Shown here: piece after piece, positions 9,909 through 20,294 of the stretch
Layout: every line of letters begins with the position of its first letter
Numbering within the stretch: the stretch's first letter is position 1
NCBI GenBank assembly: GCA_043778225.1
Contig: JAYWGM010000070.1
Location: 15,831 to 79,830 of the forward strand
Length of the DNA stretch: 64,000 bases
From: Deinococcales bacterium
GTDB lineage: Bacteria; Deinococcota; Deinococci; Deinococcales; JAAFIG01
Direction of reading: 5' to 3'
Position numbers and translations under genes: made by a program
The notes under the pieces: model-generated
The model's database searches: none
What the model saw: only the letters and a program-made list of their open reading frames with translations
What the model was told of the DNA's origin: nothing

Positions 9909-12900
9909 ATGAAACAATTTTTGGTGGTCATCGCCCTGATGCTTGGTTTGGCTTTTGCGCTCTCGAGCGCCCAGAGTAACCGCGTCGTCACGCTGCCCGG
10001 CAGCATTCAAAAAGCCCTTGGGGGTAAAGAATGGGATCCGGGCGGCGAAGTCACCCGCATGACCGAAGTCAGTGCCGATTTATACGAATTTGTGGCGGCT
10101 TTCCCCAAAGGCAAATACGAATTCAAAGTGGCGGTTGGTGGCACTTGGGACGAAAATTACGGTAAAAACGGCGAAAAAGGCGGCGCAAATTTAACACTTG
10201 ATGTCCCAGCCGACAATACGATTGTTAAATTTGTGTTTAACTACACAACGAAAAAAATTATGGATAGCCTAAACAACCCCACCGAAGTCACTGCACCCGC
10301 GACCGTTCCTGCTCGAGCCGCCCCCGTTTCTGCCCCGATTAGCGAAGGCACAACTCGCTTTATTGTGCATTACAAGCGCACCAGAGGCGATTATGAAGGC
10401 TGGAATCTGTGGGTTTGGGCAGATGGCAGCGACGGTCAGAGTTATAAATTCAATGGCTCGGATGATTTTGGGCTGGTTGCCACGCTTGATTTACCTGTGG
10501 CGGTGGCAAAAGTCAATTTTATTGTCCGTTTGGGCGATTGGCAAGCCAAAGACACCGAAAGCGATCGCTTTGCAACGGTACAAAATAGCAAAGCCGAAAT
10601 TTGGTTATTGCAAGGCAACAAAGAGGTTTTTGAGTCTCGAGCCAAAGTAGATACCTTTGCAGCCAGTGCTGCCCCGCCACGTGGCGAACCTGCCTTTTTG
10701 GACAGCCCAAGTGTGATTAAAGCCTGGATTCCAAAGGCACTGACCCCAGAAAGTCTCAACGGTAAAATTGCCTTAACCATCAATGGTAAACCACTGGCGA
10801 TTAAATCCATTGGGGCTGGTGGTGCGCCTGTGCTGGCTAATACCGACAGTGTAGACCCCACCAAGGTCGTGCTGGCTGGCACAATCCAAGGCGCTTTGGG
10901 TGGCACAGACTGGAATCCCAACGGCGACATCACCCGCATGACCGAAATTGCTAAGGGTGTCTTTGAATTTGTGGCGGCATTCCCCAAAGGTAATTACGAG
11001 TACAAAGTGGCTCGAGGTGGGGCTTGGACTGAAAATTATGGAGCAGATTTTGCGCCAGACGGTGGCAATATCGGTTTAGCGGTGGCAACCGATGGCACAA
11101 TTGTGCGCTTTGTGGTGGATTTTAATACCAAAACCATTCAAGACAGCCTAAACAACAAAAATATCATTGCACCTGCCACTGTTGTAGCCCGAGCCATAAT
11201 CGCTAAACCAAGCACAGGACCAGTCCAAGTGCTGGCAATCAACCTCGAGAAACCAATGAGCCCCAAAGAAATCAGTGGCTTGATCGAAATGAAAATTGAA
11301 GGTGATTTACCGCGCACGGTCTATGCCCGAGAAATCCTTGACGGCAAAGAGTACCAGTACAATAAAGACGACCTTGGCAATCGCTACAGCAAAAACCAAA
11401 CGGTCTTTAAGGTTTGGTCGCCAGTCTCGAGCAGTGCTGAATTGTTTATTTTTGATAATCTAACCGACGGACCAAGCGAAATCATAGACTTACAACGTGG
11501 CTCGGCTGGGGTCTGGTTTGCAGTCGCCAAAGGCGATTTGCACGGCAAGTATTACCAGTACCGCTTTAAGTCTTATGGCGAAACTCGAGTGGCTGCCGAT
11601 GTCAATTCTTATGCTGCCAGTAGCGATTCGAGCCGCAGCATGGTGGTGGATTTAACGCGCACCAACCCAAAAAACTGGACATTGCCTAAACCAACCCAAC
11701 GCCCACAAACCGAAAGCATTTTGTACGAGCTTCATGTCAGGGACTTGACGAGCGACTCCTCGAGTGGTGTACCCGAAAGCCTGCGTGGCAAGTACCTTGG
11801 CTTTGCCCGTGGTGGCACAAAAACCTCGAGCGGCGCAAGCACTGGCTTGGATTACCTCAAAAGCCTTGGTGTGACCGATTTGCACCTCCTGCCGATTCAG
11901 AATTTTAATCCAAAAAACAGTGGTGTTTATAACTGGGGTTACGAAACCAATTTGTTTAATATGCCCGAGGAACAGTACAGCACCGACCCAAACGACCCAA
12001 TCAAAACCATTCTCGAGACCAAAACCATGTTCCAAGCGATTCGAGAAGCTGGTATGCGGGTGATCATGGATGTTGTTTATAACCATACTGTTCCGGCTCG
12101 GGGCGAAGAAAGCGCTTTTTGGCAAACTGTGCCGTATTATTATTTTCGGACCAACGACCAAGGGCAAGTCTTGAACGAATCTGGTGTCGGCAACGCGCTG
12201 CACGATGACCGCCCAATGGTCCGTAAGTACATCCGCGAGAGTGTTCTGTTTTGGACAAAAGAATACGGCGTAGATGGCTACCGTTTTGATTTAATCGGGA
12301 TGTTCACCAAAGGTACAGTAACCGATTTCACGGCTGCTTTACGCAAAATCCGCCCAGACATTGTGTTGTATGGCGAACCTTGGACGGGTGGCGGACCGAC
12401 CCGTTTTGGCAAGGGTTCGCAGCGCGGCACAGAATTTGCAGTTTTTAACGACAACATCCGCAATGCGATGCGTGGCGATTTGGACGGTACAAAAGCTGGC
12501 TTTGTGATGGGTGGCTTAACCAGCTTAACAGCCATCAAAAAAGGCATTGTCGGCAGCATTAATTACGAAGGTAGCATCGCGGATTTTACCGACAGCCCAC
12601 TCGAGACGATCAACTATATTTCGGCACACGACAACCTAACGCTCTGGGATAAAATGGACAAAGCCATGCCAAACACCCCCATCGCCTTAAAAGCTCGAGC
12701 TGTGCAACTTGGTGGCGCAATTGTGCTGACCAGTCAGGGTGTGCCATTTCTCGAGGGCGGTGTGGAAATGGGGCGCACCAAAGGCGGCAACAACAACAGT
12801 TATAACGCTGGCGATGGTGCAAATAAATTTGACTGGAACAGAGCCGCGCAGTTCCCCGAGGTGCAAAAGTATTACAAAGGTTTAATCGCGATTCGTAAAG

Positions 12901-13199
12901 CCCACCCAGCTTTTAAGCTGACCACCGCCGAGCAAATTCGTAAGCACCTCAAATTCTTACCCGACTCGAGCCTGCCCAGTGGCGTGGTGGCGTATACCCT
13001 CGATGGTACAGCCGCCAAGGACAGTTGGAAACGAATTGTGGTGATTCTGCATGGCACGAAAAGCGAACAGACCATGGCGCTGCCAGCCGGCACTTGGAAT
13101 ATCGCTGCCAACGGCACAAATGCGAGTAACAGCAGCCTTGGTAAAGTCTCGGGTAGCCTCAAGCTCGAGCCACTGAGCGCTTATATTCTTTATCAATAA
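9909..13199 (+). CDS. pulA: Secreted type I pullulanase (GH13) with repeated N-terminal starch-binding modules
   Basis: Signal peptide; YNWGY, MDVVYNH, DGYRFDLIG, YGEPW, YISAHDN; RBS GGAGG. Confidence 0.9.
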   Translation: MKQFLVVIALMLGLAFALSSAQSNRVVTLPGSIQKALGGKEWDPGGEVTRMTEVSADLYEFVAAFPKGKYEFKVAVGGTWDENYGKNGEKGGANLTLDVPADNTIVKFVFNYTTKKIMDSLNNPTEVTAPATVPARAAPVSAPISEGTTRFIVHYKRTRGDYEGWNLWVWADGSDGQSYKFNGSDDFGLVATLDLPVAVAKVNFIVRLGDWQAKDTESDRFATVQNSKAEIWLLQGNKEVFESRAKVDTFAASAAPPRGEPAFLDSPSVIKAWIPKALTPESLNGKIALTINGKPLAIKSIGAGGAPVLANTDSVDPTKVVLAGTIQGALGGTDWNPNGDITRMTEIAKGVFEFVAAFPKGNYEYKVARGGAWTENYGADFAPDGGNIGLAVATDGTIVRFVVDFNTKTIQDSLNNKNIIAPATVVARAIIAKPSTGPVQVLAINLEKPMSPKEISGLIEMKIEGDLPRTVYAREILDGKEYQYNKDDLGNRYSKNQTVFKVWSPVSSSAELFIFDNLTDGPSEIIDLQRGSAGVWFAVAKGDLHGKYYQYRFKSYGETRVAADVNSYAASSDSSRSMVVDLTRTNPKNWTLPKPTQRPQTESILYELHVRDLTSDSSSGVPESLRGKYLGFARGGTKTSSGASTGLDYLKSLGVTDLHLLPIQNFNPKNSGVYNWGYETNLFNMPEEQYSTDPNDPIKTILETKTMFQAIREAGMRVIMDVVYNHTVPARGEESAFWQTVPYYYFRTNDQGQVLNESGVGNALHDDRPMVRKYIRESVLFWTKEYGVDGYRFDLIGMFTKGTVTDFTAALRKIRPDIVLYGEPWTGGGPTRFGKGSQRGTEFAVFNDNIRNAMRGDLDGTKAGFVMGGLTSLTAIKKGIVGSINYEGSIADFTDSPLETINYISAHDNLTLWDKMDKAMPNTPIALKARAVQLGGAIVLTSQGVPFLEGGVEMGRTKGGNNNSYNAGDGANKFDWNRAAQFPEVQKYYKGLIAIRKAHPAFKLTTAEQIRKHLKFLPDSSLPSGVVAYTLDGTAAKDSWKRIVVILHGTKSEQTMALPAGTWNIAANGTNASNSSLGKVSGSLKLEPLSAYILYQ

Positions 13200-13207
13200 G
13201 TAAAATT

Positions 13208-13240
13208 TGCAACCCCTCGAGACCGTCTCGAGGGGTTGCA
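13208..13240. terminator. Probable bidirectional terminator between convergent genes
   Basis: TGCAACCCCTCGAGAC-C-GTCTCGAGGGGTTGCA inverted repeat. Confidence 0.75.
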
Positions 13241-13280
13241 GCTTGAAGGTCAAAAAATCTTATATTTTCCCAAGAAAAAT

Positions 13281-14606
13281 CTAATTCCAATTCTGTTGCA
13301 ACTCGAGTAAATGTGGGCGGGTCTGGAGTGGCATATCAGTCTTCTCAAAGGTCGTGTCTATGCCTTGCACCACCCGAATTGCCTTCTCGAGCATGAGGTC
13401 ACGGGCGTTGGTCTCGAGGGCATCGTAATCTTCATTTTGGGCAAAATTGGGGGTCACTCGAGCCGGTAGAGCGATACCATTTAAGTCGAGGGTACGAACG
13501 GTCGTGATGCTTAGTCCACTGCCATCTTGCAACGCAAAAGTCAGCAGACCCGTATTCAAAATGCCATAACTTGGTTCGCCAATCACTGCCGCCCGTTTGG
13601 CGTTTTGCAGCAGGGCTGGGGTGATTTCGGCACAACTGGCGCTGCCCTTATCGGTCAAAACTGCCACATTGCCCGTAAAATTGGCAACCTCGGAAATACC
13701 CGTCCGACCACCTGTGCTGGCGCTGACTGTGCCATTTTCATAGGTGTATTGGTTACGGCTGGTTTTGCTCGAGAAAATAACCCCATTTCGCCCCATAAAC
13801 GCCCCAGCCACGCTGATGCAGTTGGTGGCTGCGCCGCCAGAGTTACTGCGAAGGTCAAGAATCAGGTTTTTTGCGCCGTTTTTAATCGCTTGATTGATTA
13901 ATTTGTGGCTCAGGTCGGCAACTTGTGGTGGCAAATAATCTGGGATACGCAGCAGGGCGATACTCGAGGGTAGACCAGTCCAACTTTTGAGGCTTGGCAA
14001 GGCGGGTACAGTCGCCAATTTTCCAGTCACTTTGACTTCTCGGATTTTTCCTGCACGGCTGATGCCAAGGCTAAATTCTTGTCCACTGCGAACCAAATCA
14101 CGCAAAGCAAGGGCGCTGGCTTCATCGCCTTTGGGCAGCAATTTTCCATTCAGGCTCTGGATGACATCACCTCGGGTTAATCCAACACTCTCGGCTGCCA
14201 TACCGGGCAGGCTTTCGGTGATTAAACGCCCACTTTCACGGTAAATACTACGAATGCCAAGTATCGCAAAGCTCCCACCTTGTCCACTTCTGGCGCGTTG
14301 CGATTCGGCAAATTGGGCTGGGTTCTCGAGAAAAGTGTGCGGGTCTTGGAGTTGGTCGAGCATCGCCTCGACAACTGGTCGAGCCACTTCGGAGCTACAA
14401 GCACTGCCAAGACTCGAGCAGGCTTTTTGCAAATTGCTTTTACCTTGGCTCAGCACGGTGGGTAATTGCGGCAACGAAAACCCATAGTATTGTTGCTGCA
14501 TCAGTTCGCTGACCTGATTAAAGACTTGTTCGGCTGGGCTATTTCCATTGCTGGCTGGGGCGCAAGCGGCAAGTCCAAACAAAGCCACAAAGATTATTTT
14601 TTTCAT
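13281..14606 (-). CDS. S41 family peptidase (PDZ + tail-specific protease), lipoprotein
   Basis: Lipobox LAAC, DPHT, LILDLRSNSGG, SASCAE, IGEPSYG. Confidence 0.85.
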   Translation of the reverse strand: MKKIIFVALFGLAACAPASNGNSPAEQVFNQVSELMQQQYYGFSLPQLPTVLSQGKSNLQKACSSLGSACSSEVARPVVEAMLDQLQDPHTFLENPAQFAESQRARSGQGGSFAILGIRSIYRESGRLITESLPGMAAESVGLTRGDVIQSLNGKLLPKGDEASALALRDLVRSGQEFSLGISRAGKIREVKVTGKLATVPALPSLKSWTGLPSSIALLRIPDYLPPQVADLSHKLINQAIKNGAKNLILDLRSNSGGAATNCISVAGAFMGRNGVIFSSKTSRNQYTYENGTVSASTGGRTGISEVANFTGNVAVLTDKGSASCAEITPALLQNAKRAAVIGEPSYGILNTGLLTFALQDGSGLSITTVRTLDLNGIALPARVTPNFAQNEDYDALETNARDLMLEKAIRVVQGIDTTFEKTDMPLQTRPHLLELQQNWN

Positions 14607-14629
14607 GGTTTTAGCCTAGCATGAAATGA

Positions 14630-14657
14630 AAAACCCCCCAACAACTTTGGGGGGTTG
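14630..14657. terminator. Probable intrinsic terminator
   Basis: AACCCCCCAA-loop-TTGGGGGGTT hairpin, U-tract on minus strand. Confidence 0.6.
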
Positions 14658-14669
14658 CCATCTCGAGCC

Positions 14670-15599
14670 TTATGGTTTTGGCGTGTTGTTGATGGCTGGA
14701 GCAACACCGCAACCTTGGAAAGTAATCACAATTTTGGTTTTGCTGTCTTCAAAGCTAATCGAGCCTGCGGTCAAACGATTGCTGGCACAAGTTGCACGAT
14801 TGCTGTAGACCAAGCCACTGCTCGAGGCGCTAAAGTTTCGTTCGGCTCGAATGCCGCGTGTCGATTTCCAGTTGCCACTCAAGACCACTGTGCCATTTGG
14901 CAGTTGGGCGTTGTTGCTGATTGTGCCACCCGCATCGGCGGTGTAGGCAAAGGTCAGTTGGTTTGTCCAAGCGATGCCGACCCCACTTGTGCCGTCCACA
15001 CTGCGAACCGACGAGCCAGTCACCTTATGGACTCGAGACAGGGTTGTGCTTGTGCCTTGGGTGATGTTGCGTGAGCCATTGCGACTGGTTGTCCAAACCA
15101 CACTTTTGCCGTTGATCGTGCGTGTCCAGATGGTCTCGAGGTTGGTCAGGGTCTCGGAGTGGTTGCGGTCGTTGCTGTTGCTGGTGTCGGCAATGGTTTT
15201 GCTGCCGCCCCGAGTAATTGTGCCACCTCCGGGCAAGGTGCGTAAGCAGTTGGTTTTGTCAAATGAAACCGTTACGCTGTCTGGGATATTATCGGCATCG
15301 GTGTCGGTCGCAAAAGAACCAGCCGTGACTGAGCGGCAACCACTGGGCAATGCCAACAGACCAATGTTTTGAACCGTCACACCCGTGCTAAAACCAACTG
15401 TAAAACTCTCGGAGAACCCCAAGGTATCGGCTAATTCTTCGCTGTCGTCGGCTGCCAAATCTGCCGAAGCCAGACTTTCCTCGAGAACCACAGGACTCGA
15501 GTTTGTTTCGCTCGGGGTGCTTTGCCCACACGCCATCAGGGTTGCACCAAACGCGATTGCCAATGCCAATTGAAATGCTTGTTTACCAAATACGGTCAT
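14670..15599 (-). CDS. Hypothetical beta-rich lipoprotein
   Basis: RBS AGGAAAGG, lipobox LMAC, Thr/Ser/Gly-rich mature part. Confidence 0.65.
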   Translation of the reverse strand: MTVFGKQAFQLALAIAFGATLMACGQSTPSETNSSPVVLEESLASADLAADDSEELADTLGFSESFTVGFSTGVTVQNIGLLALPSGCRSVTAGSFATDTDADNIPDSVTVSFDKTNCLRTLPGGGTITRGGSKTIADTSNSNDRNHSETLTNLETIWTRTINGKSVVWTTSRNGSRNITQGTSTTLSRVHKVTGSSVRSVDGTSGVGIAWTNQLTFAYTADAGGTISNNAQLPNGTVVLSGNWKSTRGIRAERNFSASSSGLVYSNRATCASNRLTAGSISFEDSKTKIVITFQGCGVAPAINNTPKP

Positions 15600-15679
15600 A
15601 TCAGTACCACCTTTCCTAAGCCGCTTGGCTCGGTAGACATAAGGTACAAAGTGGGGCGTTCCAAGAATGTTCCAAGGGT

Positions 15680-16045
15680 TTAGCACGATTCTAAAACTAC
15701 AGTTGCCACTGCATTCTCGAGGGTGTGCGACAGACTCAGGTGGGCTTTCCAGTGGTTCTCGAGCATGATTGTTTGGAGTGACTTAGAAACCCGAATAGCT
15801 GGTCTGACCCCTTCAAATTCAACCCAGACATCCTGCCAGCCATGGGCTTCAAACCATGTTTTTTGAAAGGCTTCTTTGGCGGCAAAACGGGCAGCAAGGC
15901 TTGGCACTGGATTTTTTTTGGACAAGCAATACTCGAGTTCTTGAGGCGTAAAGGTGCGCTCTAAAAAACGTGCTTGGCTGCTTGAATCAAGGATTTTTTG
16001 GATGCGGTGCAGTTCGATTAAGTCAACGCCAATAGCCACAATCAT
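15680..16045 (-). CDS. acpS: Holo-ACP synthase (4'-phosphopantetheinyl transferase)
   Basis: IGVDLIE, LAARFAAKEA, HLSLSH. Confidence 0.95.
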   Translation of the reverse strand: MIVAIGVDLIELHRIQKILDSSSQARFLERTFTPQELEYCLSKKNPVPSLAARFAAKEAFQKTWFEAHGWQDVWVEFEGVRPAIRVSKSLQTIMLENHWKAHLSLSHTLENAVATVVLESC

Positions 16046-16070
16046 ACTTGGAGTATACGATAGCCACCTC

Positions 16071-18809
16071 TCATACTTGGAGGATACGAGCTAAGGTACT
16101 GCTTTCTTTTAAGGTGCGCTCGAGTAAGCGCACCAAGCGCAATTCCAGATGCCCACTGTGAGCGCTGGCATAAAGTTCGGCAAGGGCGCGTTCGAGCGTA
16201 AAGGCTTCCTTGTAGGTGCGTTTACTTTGCAGCGCGTCAAAGACATCGCAAACCGCAAAGATTCGAGCAGCCAGCGGAATATCTTCGCCAGCTAAACGGG
16301 TTGGGTAGCCAGTTCCATCCCAGCGTTCGTGGTGGTACAAAACAACGTGTTTGGTGGTCAAAGGCAAAAAAGGAATATCTTTAATCAGGTCATAACCATT
16401 TTGTGGGTGTTCCTGCATCACCATTCGTTCGCCCGTGTCGAGTTTTCCGGGCTTACGCAAGACCGAATCCGAAATTGCAAATTTGCCAACATCATGCAAA
16501 TATGCCCCCCAACGAATCGCCCGAATCTCGGGGTCGGATAAACCCAAGGCGCGTGCCATCTGGACTGCCATTTGGGTCACACGGTCGGTGTGATTGCCCG
16601 TCTCGAGGTCGCGCATTTCTAAGGATTTGCCAATCATGGCGAGTGAACCCTCATAGGCGGCTTCTAGGGTTTCTAGGCGCTCTAAACGCGATAACAGTGC
16701 GCCAATCATCCCACCAGCCGCTTCGATTAAAAATTTTTCGCCAGAATTCCAGCCGAGTTGATCAAAGCGGTAGACAATCAGCACGCCGCCACTGTCGAGC
16801 ATTGAAGCCAGCATTGAGCGCACCCCGATTTGGCGCATCGTTAAACCGACAACCTCAGCGCTTAGCTCGAGCCGACGCTGCACAGGTTGGCGCACCCAGA
16901 CCAGCAAAGGCTCGAGTTGGAGGCTCTGCTTAATCGTTTCGGAGGTGGGGGATTTACCAACTTCGAGTTGAATTTTAATCGCATGATTATCTAAACGCAA
17001 CAACAGCGCCACGTCGGCAATCGCCAACTGCCGCACCCGTTCGAGCGCATTTTCAAGGGCTTGGGTATCGTTGCCTTCGAGCAAACGCGCTAAATTGAGG
17101 AGGTTACGGCTTTCAAAAACCTGACGCTCAAGGTTTTCGGATGCACGGATGCGCTCCAATGCCCCACCTGATACCTTAGCAATCACTTCGGTCAGGCGTT
17201 GGTCCAGGTTGGTAAATTGCTCGGGTAAATTGCGAGCCACCAACAATGCTCCCAAAGGCGCACCGCTCGAATCCAGAATCGGCACGGTCAGTTGGCAATG
17301 GGCAGCCACTTCTTCGGGCATAGGGTCATGGGCGCGGGGGTCGTGCAGCGCATCGGCAGAATAAATCGTACCTCGAGCCTCAAGCGCCGCCCACGATAAA
17401 CCAGAACCGCGTGGCACAGCCCCATTGATCATGTTTTGAAATAAACCTCGAGCCGACAAAATCCGCAGCACTTGGTTATCGGTAGAAACCAACAAAAAAC
17501 AGCAATGCGGTACATTTAAGAGCAGAATCGCTTGCTCGAGAACACTTTCGGCAATCTGATAAGGGGTTCGGGCATCGTGCAGGGCTTCGGCAACCGCCTC
17601 GAGCGAAGCAAATTCACGCAGCCTCGCCTCAAGTTCTTTGCGTTCACGCTGAGCGCTCATCAAAGCCCCCATTTGAATTGCAAATTGTCGGGCAGCCCGA
17701 ATCGAATCTTCGCTAAAAGCGGTTTCGTTGCTAAAACTGTCAAGGTTTAAGTCTGCCACCACTTCTGTACCAACCACCACAGGTAAATAGAGGTTGGAGC
17801 GAAGCCGCTTGTTCTGCAAAATTTGTTGCTGATTTTTGACCAAACCAAAAAAAACTTCGGGCATACGGGCAATGCGCGGCTCACCACGATGCCAAGCCAA
17901 CACATCGCCATGCCAGTCTTTGGCATTTTGTTCGTTGAGCTCGAGTGCCAATAAAGCATTGTCGTAACCTTGTTGGGCAACAAATCGAAAACCTACTCCC
18001 GACCGTAAACGCAAACTGCCCCCTTCTGCCCCCGGCACAAGCAGCACGGCGGTACTCAAGAGCCGCGTCCAGAGGTCGTTGTCTTGACTGCCGCTCGCCA
18101 TAATTCGAGCCGTACCAAACAGGGTGGTCACCAAATCGCGTTCAACATTCTGGCGATGCTGGGTTGGATTTGCCAGTTGCTCGAGTGTGCCAAGTAAATT
18201 TTGGTAGGCGGCGACTTCGGCGGCGGGCATGGTTTGCCGTGGGTTACTGCGCTCAAGATAAATCGAAAGTGCCACAAAAGTTGCCAAAAGCAGCAATAGC
18301 TGTGGCTCGAGGCTGTAAGGACGTGCCAATAAACTCCACCAAACCCATGTGCCTAAAGGTAAAATTGCCAACAGACTGATAATTCGAGTCAGCCCCAGCG
18401 ATTTAAGAACCAAATCAATCCCTGTGACCGCCAAAGCAACGCCGATTAAAAATAAGCTGTGCCAAGCAATTGAACTCTCAAAAGGCATGGTTATGGACAG
18501 GCTACCTAAAAAGTTGAGTTGCTCGAGTAAGGCAAAAACAGCCCCAGCCAATGCCGTGGTCAGCATCGTGATGCGCCAAGAAATTGTTTTCTCGAGTAAG
18601 TAGTCGGCAATTAAAGCCGCCTGCATAATAAAATACAGACCATCAGTCAGCCAAGTTTGAGGATACAGTTGCTCGAGTAACCAGACAGCCGTGACCACAA
18701 AAGTCAGCCCGAAAAGAAACGGAACACGCCCCCAACTGACCCGACGGCTGTGTAACCAAAGCAAGACCAGCAAAGCGCTGATTGCGTACAGTAACTCGAG
18801 CCAATTCAT
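16071..18809 (-). CDS. Membrane-anchored multi-GAF HD-GYP phosphodiesterase
   Basis: N-terminal TM helices, GAF-like segments, HTDRV, LHDVGK, HHERWDGTGYP. Confidence 0.85.
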   Translation of the reverse strand: MNWLELLYAISALLVLLWLHSRRVSWGRVPFLFGLTFVVTAVWLLEQLYPQTWLTDGLYFIMQAALIADYLLEKTISWRITMLTTALAGAVFALLEQLNFLGSLSITMPFESSIAWHSLFLIGVALAVTGIDLVLKSLGLTRIISLLAILPLGTWVWWSLLARPYSLEPQLLLLLATFVALSIYLERSNPRQTMPAAEVAAYQNLLGTLEQLANPTQHRQNVERDLVTTLFGTARIMASGSQDNDLWTRLLSTAVLLVPGAEGGSLRLRSGVGFRFVAQQGYDNALLALELNEQNAKDWHGDVLAWHRGEPRIARMPEVFFGLVKNQQQILQNKRLRSNLYLPVVVGTEVVADLNLDSFSNETAFSEDSIRAARQFAIQMGALMSAQRERKELEARLREFASLEAVAEALHDARTPYQIAESVLEQAILLLNVPHCCFLLVSTDNQVLRILSARGLFQNMINGAVPRGSGLSWAALEARGTIYSADALHDPRAHDPMPEEVAAHCQLTVPILDSSGAPLGALLVARNLPEQFTNLDQRLTEVIAKVSGGALERIRASENLERQVFESRNLLNLARLLEGNDTQALENALERVRQLAIADVALLLRLDNHAIKIQLEVGKSPTSETIKQSLQLEPLLVWVRQPVQRRLELSAEVVGLTMRQIGVRSMLASMLDSGGVLIVYRFDQLGWNSGEKFLIEAAGGMIGALLSRLERLETLEAAYEGSLAMIGKSLEMRDLETGNHTDRVTQMAVQMARALGLSDPEIRAIRWGAYLHDVGKFAISDSVLRKPGKLDTGERMVMQEHPQNGYDLIKDIPFLPLTTKHVVLYHHERWDGTGYPTRLAGEDIPLAARIFAVCDVFDALQSKRTYKEAFTLERALAELYASAHSGHLELRLVRLLERTLKESSTLARILQV

Positions 18810-18917
18810 GACAACCTGTCTTTCCTTTTGATAAAAAGCCAAACAGAACCAGATTCGTTCTGCCTCCCATGGCTATTCTATTGCTTTGCTCACATCTTTG
18901 TCCAATAGGCTAGAAAA

Positions 18918-19871
18918 ATGTTTACTTTTAAGAAAAAAATTCCAGTCACGGTGGTGGGTGGCTTTTTAGGCGCGGGTAAAACCACTTTGGTCAATCATTT
19001 AATCAAAACGGGCGGTAAACGCTTTGGTGTAATCGTCAACGAGTTTGGCGATATTAACGTCGATGGCGCACTGATCGAAAATATGGACGAAGACGGCGTG
19101 ACCGAATTTTCTGATGGTTGCCTCTGTTGTGCTGGGCGCGATGACCTCGCCGAAGCGATGCTCAAGTTATCTTTGCGTAAAAATCCGCCACAGCATTTAC
19201 TGATTGAACTCTCTGGGCTTGCCGACCCCGTACCCGTGGCACAGACGGTTCTCGAGCCACAACTGCGCCATATTTTTGATTTGGATGGGATTATTGGGGT
19301 TGCCGATGCCCGCAATCTCGAGCAAACACTGCAAGAAGTTCCCGAAGGCGCAGTCCAACTTGCCTATGCCAGCAGCATTATCCTGAATAAAACCGACCTT
19401 GCCAGTCCCGAGCAATTGCTGGTTTCGCGTGGCTTGCTGCGTCAACTTAATCCGCTTGGGGTGGTCACTGAAAGCATCAATGCGACTGTGGCGGCGGCTG
19501 CCCAACTCGAGCAGGGCGCATTTGATTCCGAATGGCAACCGAGCAACCACGAACACACCCACACCCAAGGAATCGCTACCTTTACTTTGCACCAATCAGA
19601 ACCCTTGGATGCGATGGCGTGGAATGCTTTTATGGAAGAAAAAATTTTGGCACGACCAGGCAATGTTTTTAGAGCCAAAGGATTTTTGGCGTTTCGGCAA
19701 ATTCCCGATGAAATTATTTTTCAGGCGGTGCGCGAAATTGTCAAAGTCACCAAAGGCGCACAACGCCATGAAAATCGCTCGAGTTTGGTGGTGATTGGGC
19801 GCGGACTCGAAGAGAGCGAATACCGCGAGGCATTTGCGAAACTGCATTTGCCCTTGATGTCACGGCGCTAA
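18918..19871 (+). CDS. CobW/COG0523 GTP-dependent metallochaperone
   Basis: GFLGAGKTT, NEFG, GCLCC, NKTD, HEHTH linker. Confidence 0.9.
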   Translation: MFTFKKKIPVTVVGGFLGAGKTTLVNHLIKTGGKRFGVIVNEFGDINVDGALIENMDEDGVTEFSDGCLCCAGRDDLAEAMLKLSLRKNPPQHLLIELSGLADPVPVAQTVLEPQLRHIFDLDGIIGVADARNLEQTLQEVPEGAVQLAYASSIILNKTDLASPEQLLVSRGLLRQLNPLGVVTESINATVAAAAQLEQGAFDSEWQPSNHEHTHTQGIATFTLHQSEPLDAMAWNAFMEEKILARPGNVFRAKGFLAFRQIPDEIIFQAVREIVKVTKGAQRHENRSSLVVIGRGLEESEYREAFAKLHLPLMSRR

Positions 19872-20084
19872 ATTATTAAAGATGTTGCCAAAATTGGAAT
19901 CATACCCACAAAATAATTAAACCCAGCGCTCTAAAGTTCTCGAGGGCAACGACCGTGCCATGCGCCTTTCCCAAAATGCCAAAATGCCAGCCGCCGCCAG
20001 CGATTAAAAAATAAGCTCGAGAAAACCCCCAAGTTACGGCTTGGGGGGTTCTTTGTATTCAGACAACACTGCTATACTTTTTGT

Positions 20085-20294
20085 ATGAAAACCCTAACCG
20101 TAACACTCGAGAACGAACTTGAACAACGCATAACCGACTTAGCGCAACTCGAGCAACGCAGCGAAACAGAAATTATTCTTGAGGCAATTAAAGCCTACAC
20201 CACACCAAAAATCCCAGATTGGGTCGGCATTGGCGCATCTGCCCAAGCCTTATCGGTTCGAGACGAAGAAATTCTTAAAGCAGAGTGGAAATGA
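20085..20294 (+). CDS. RHH/CopG-type antitoxin (VapB-like)
   Basis: MKTLTVTL ribbon-helix-helix start; overlaps PIN gene by ATGA. Confidence 0.75.
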   Translation: MKTLTVTLENELEQRITDLAQLEQRSETEIILEAIKAYTTPKIPDWVGIGASAQALSVRDEEILKAEWK

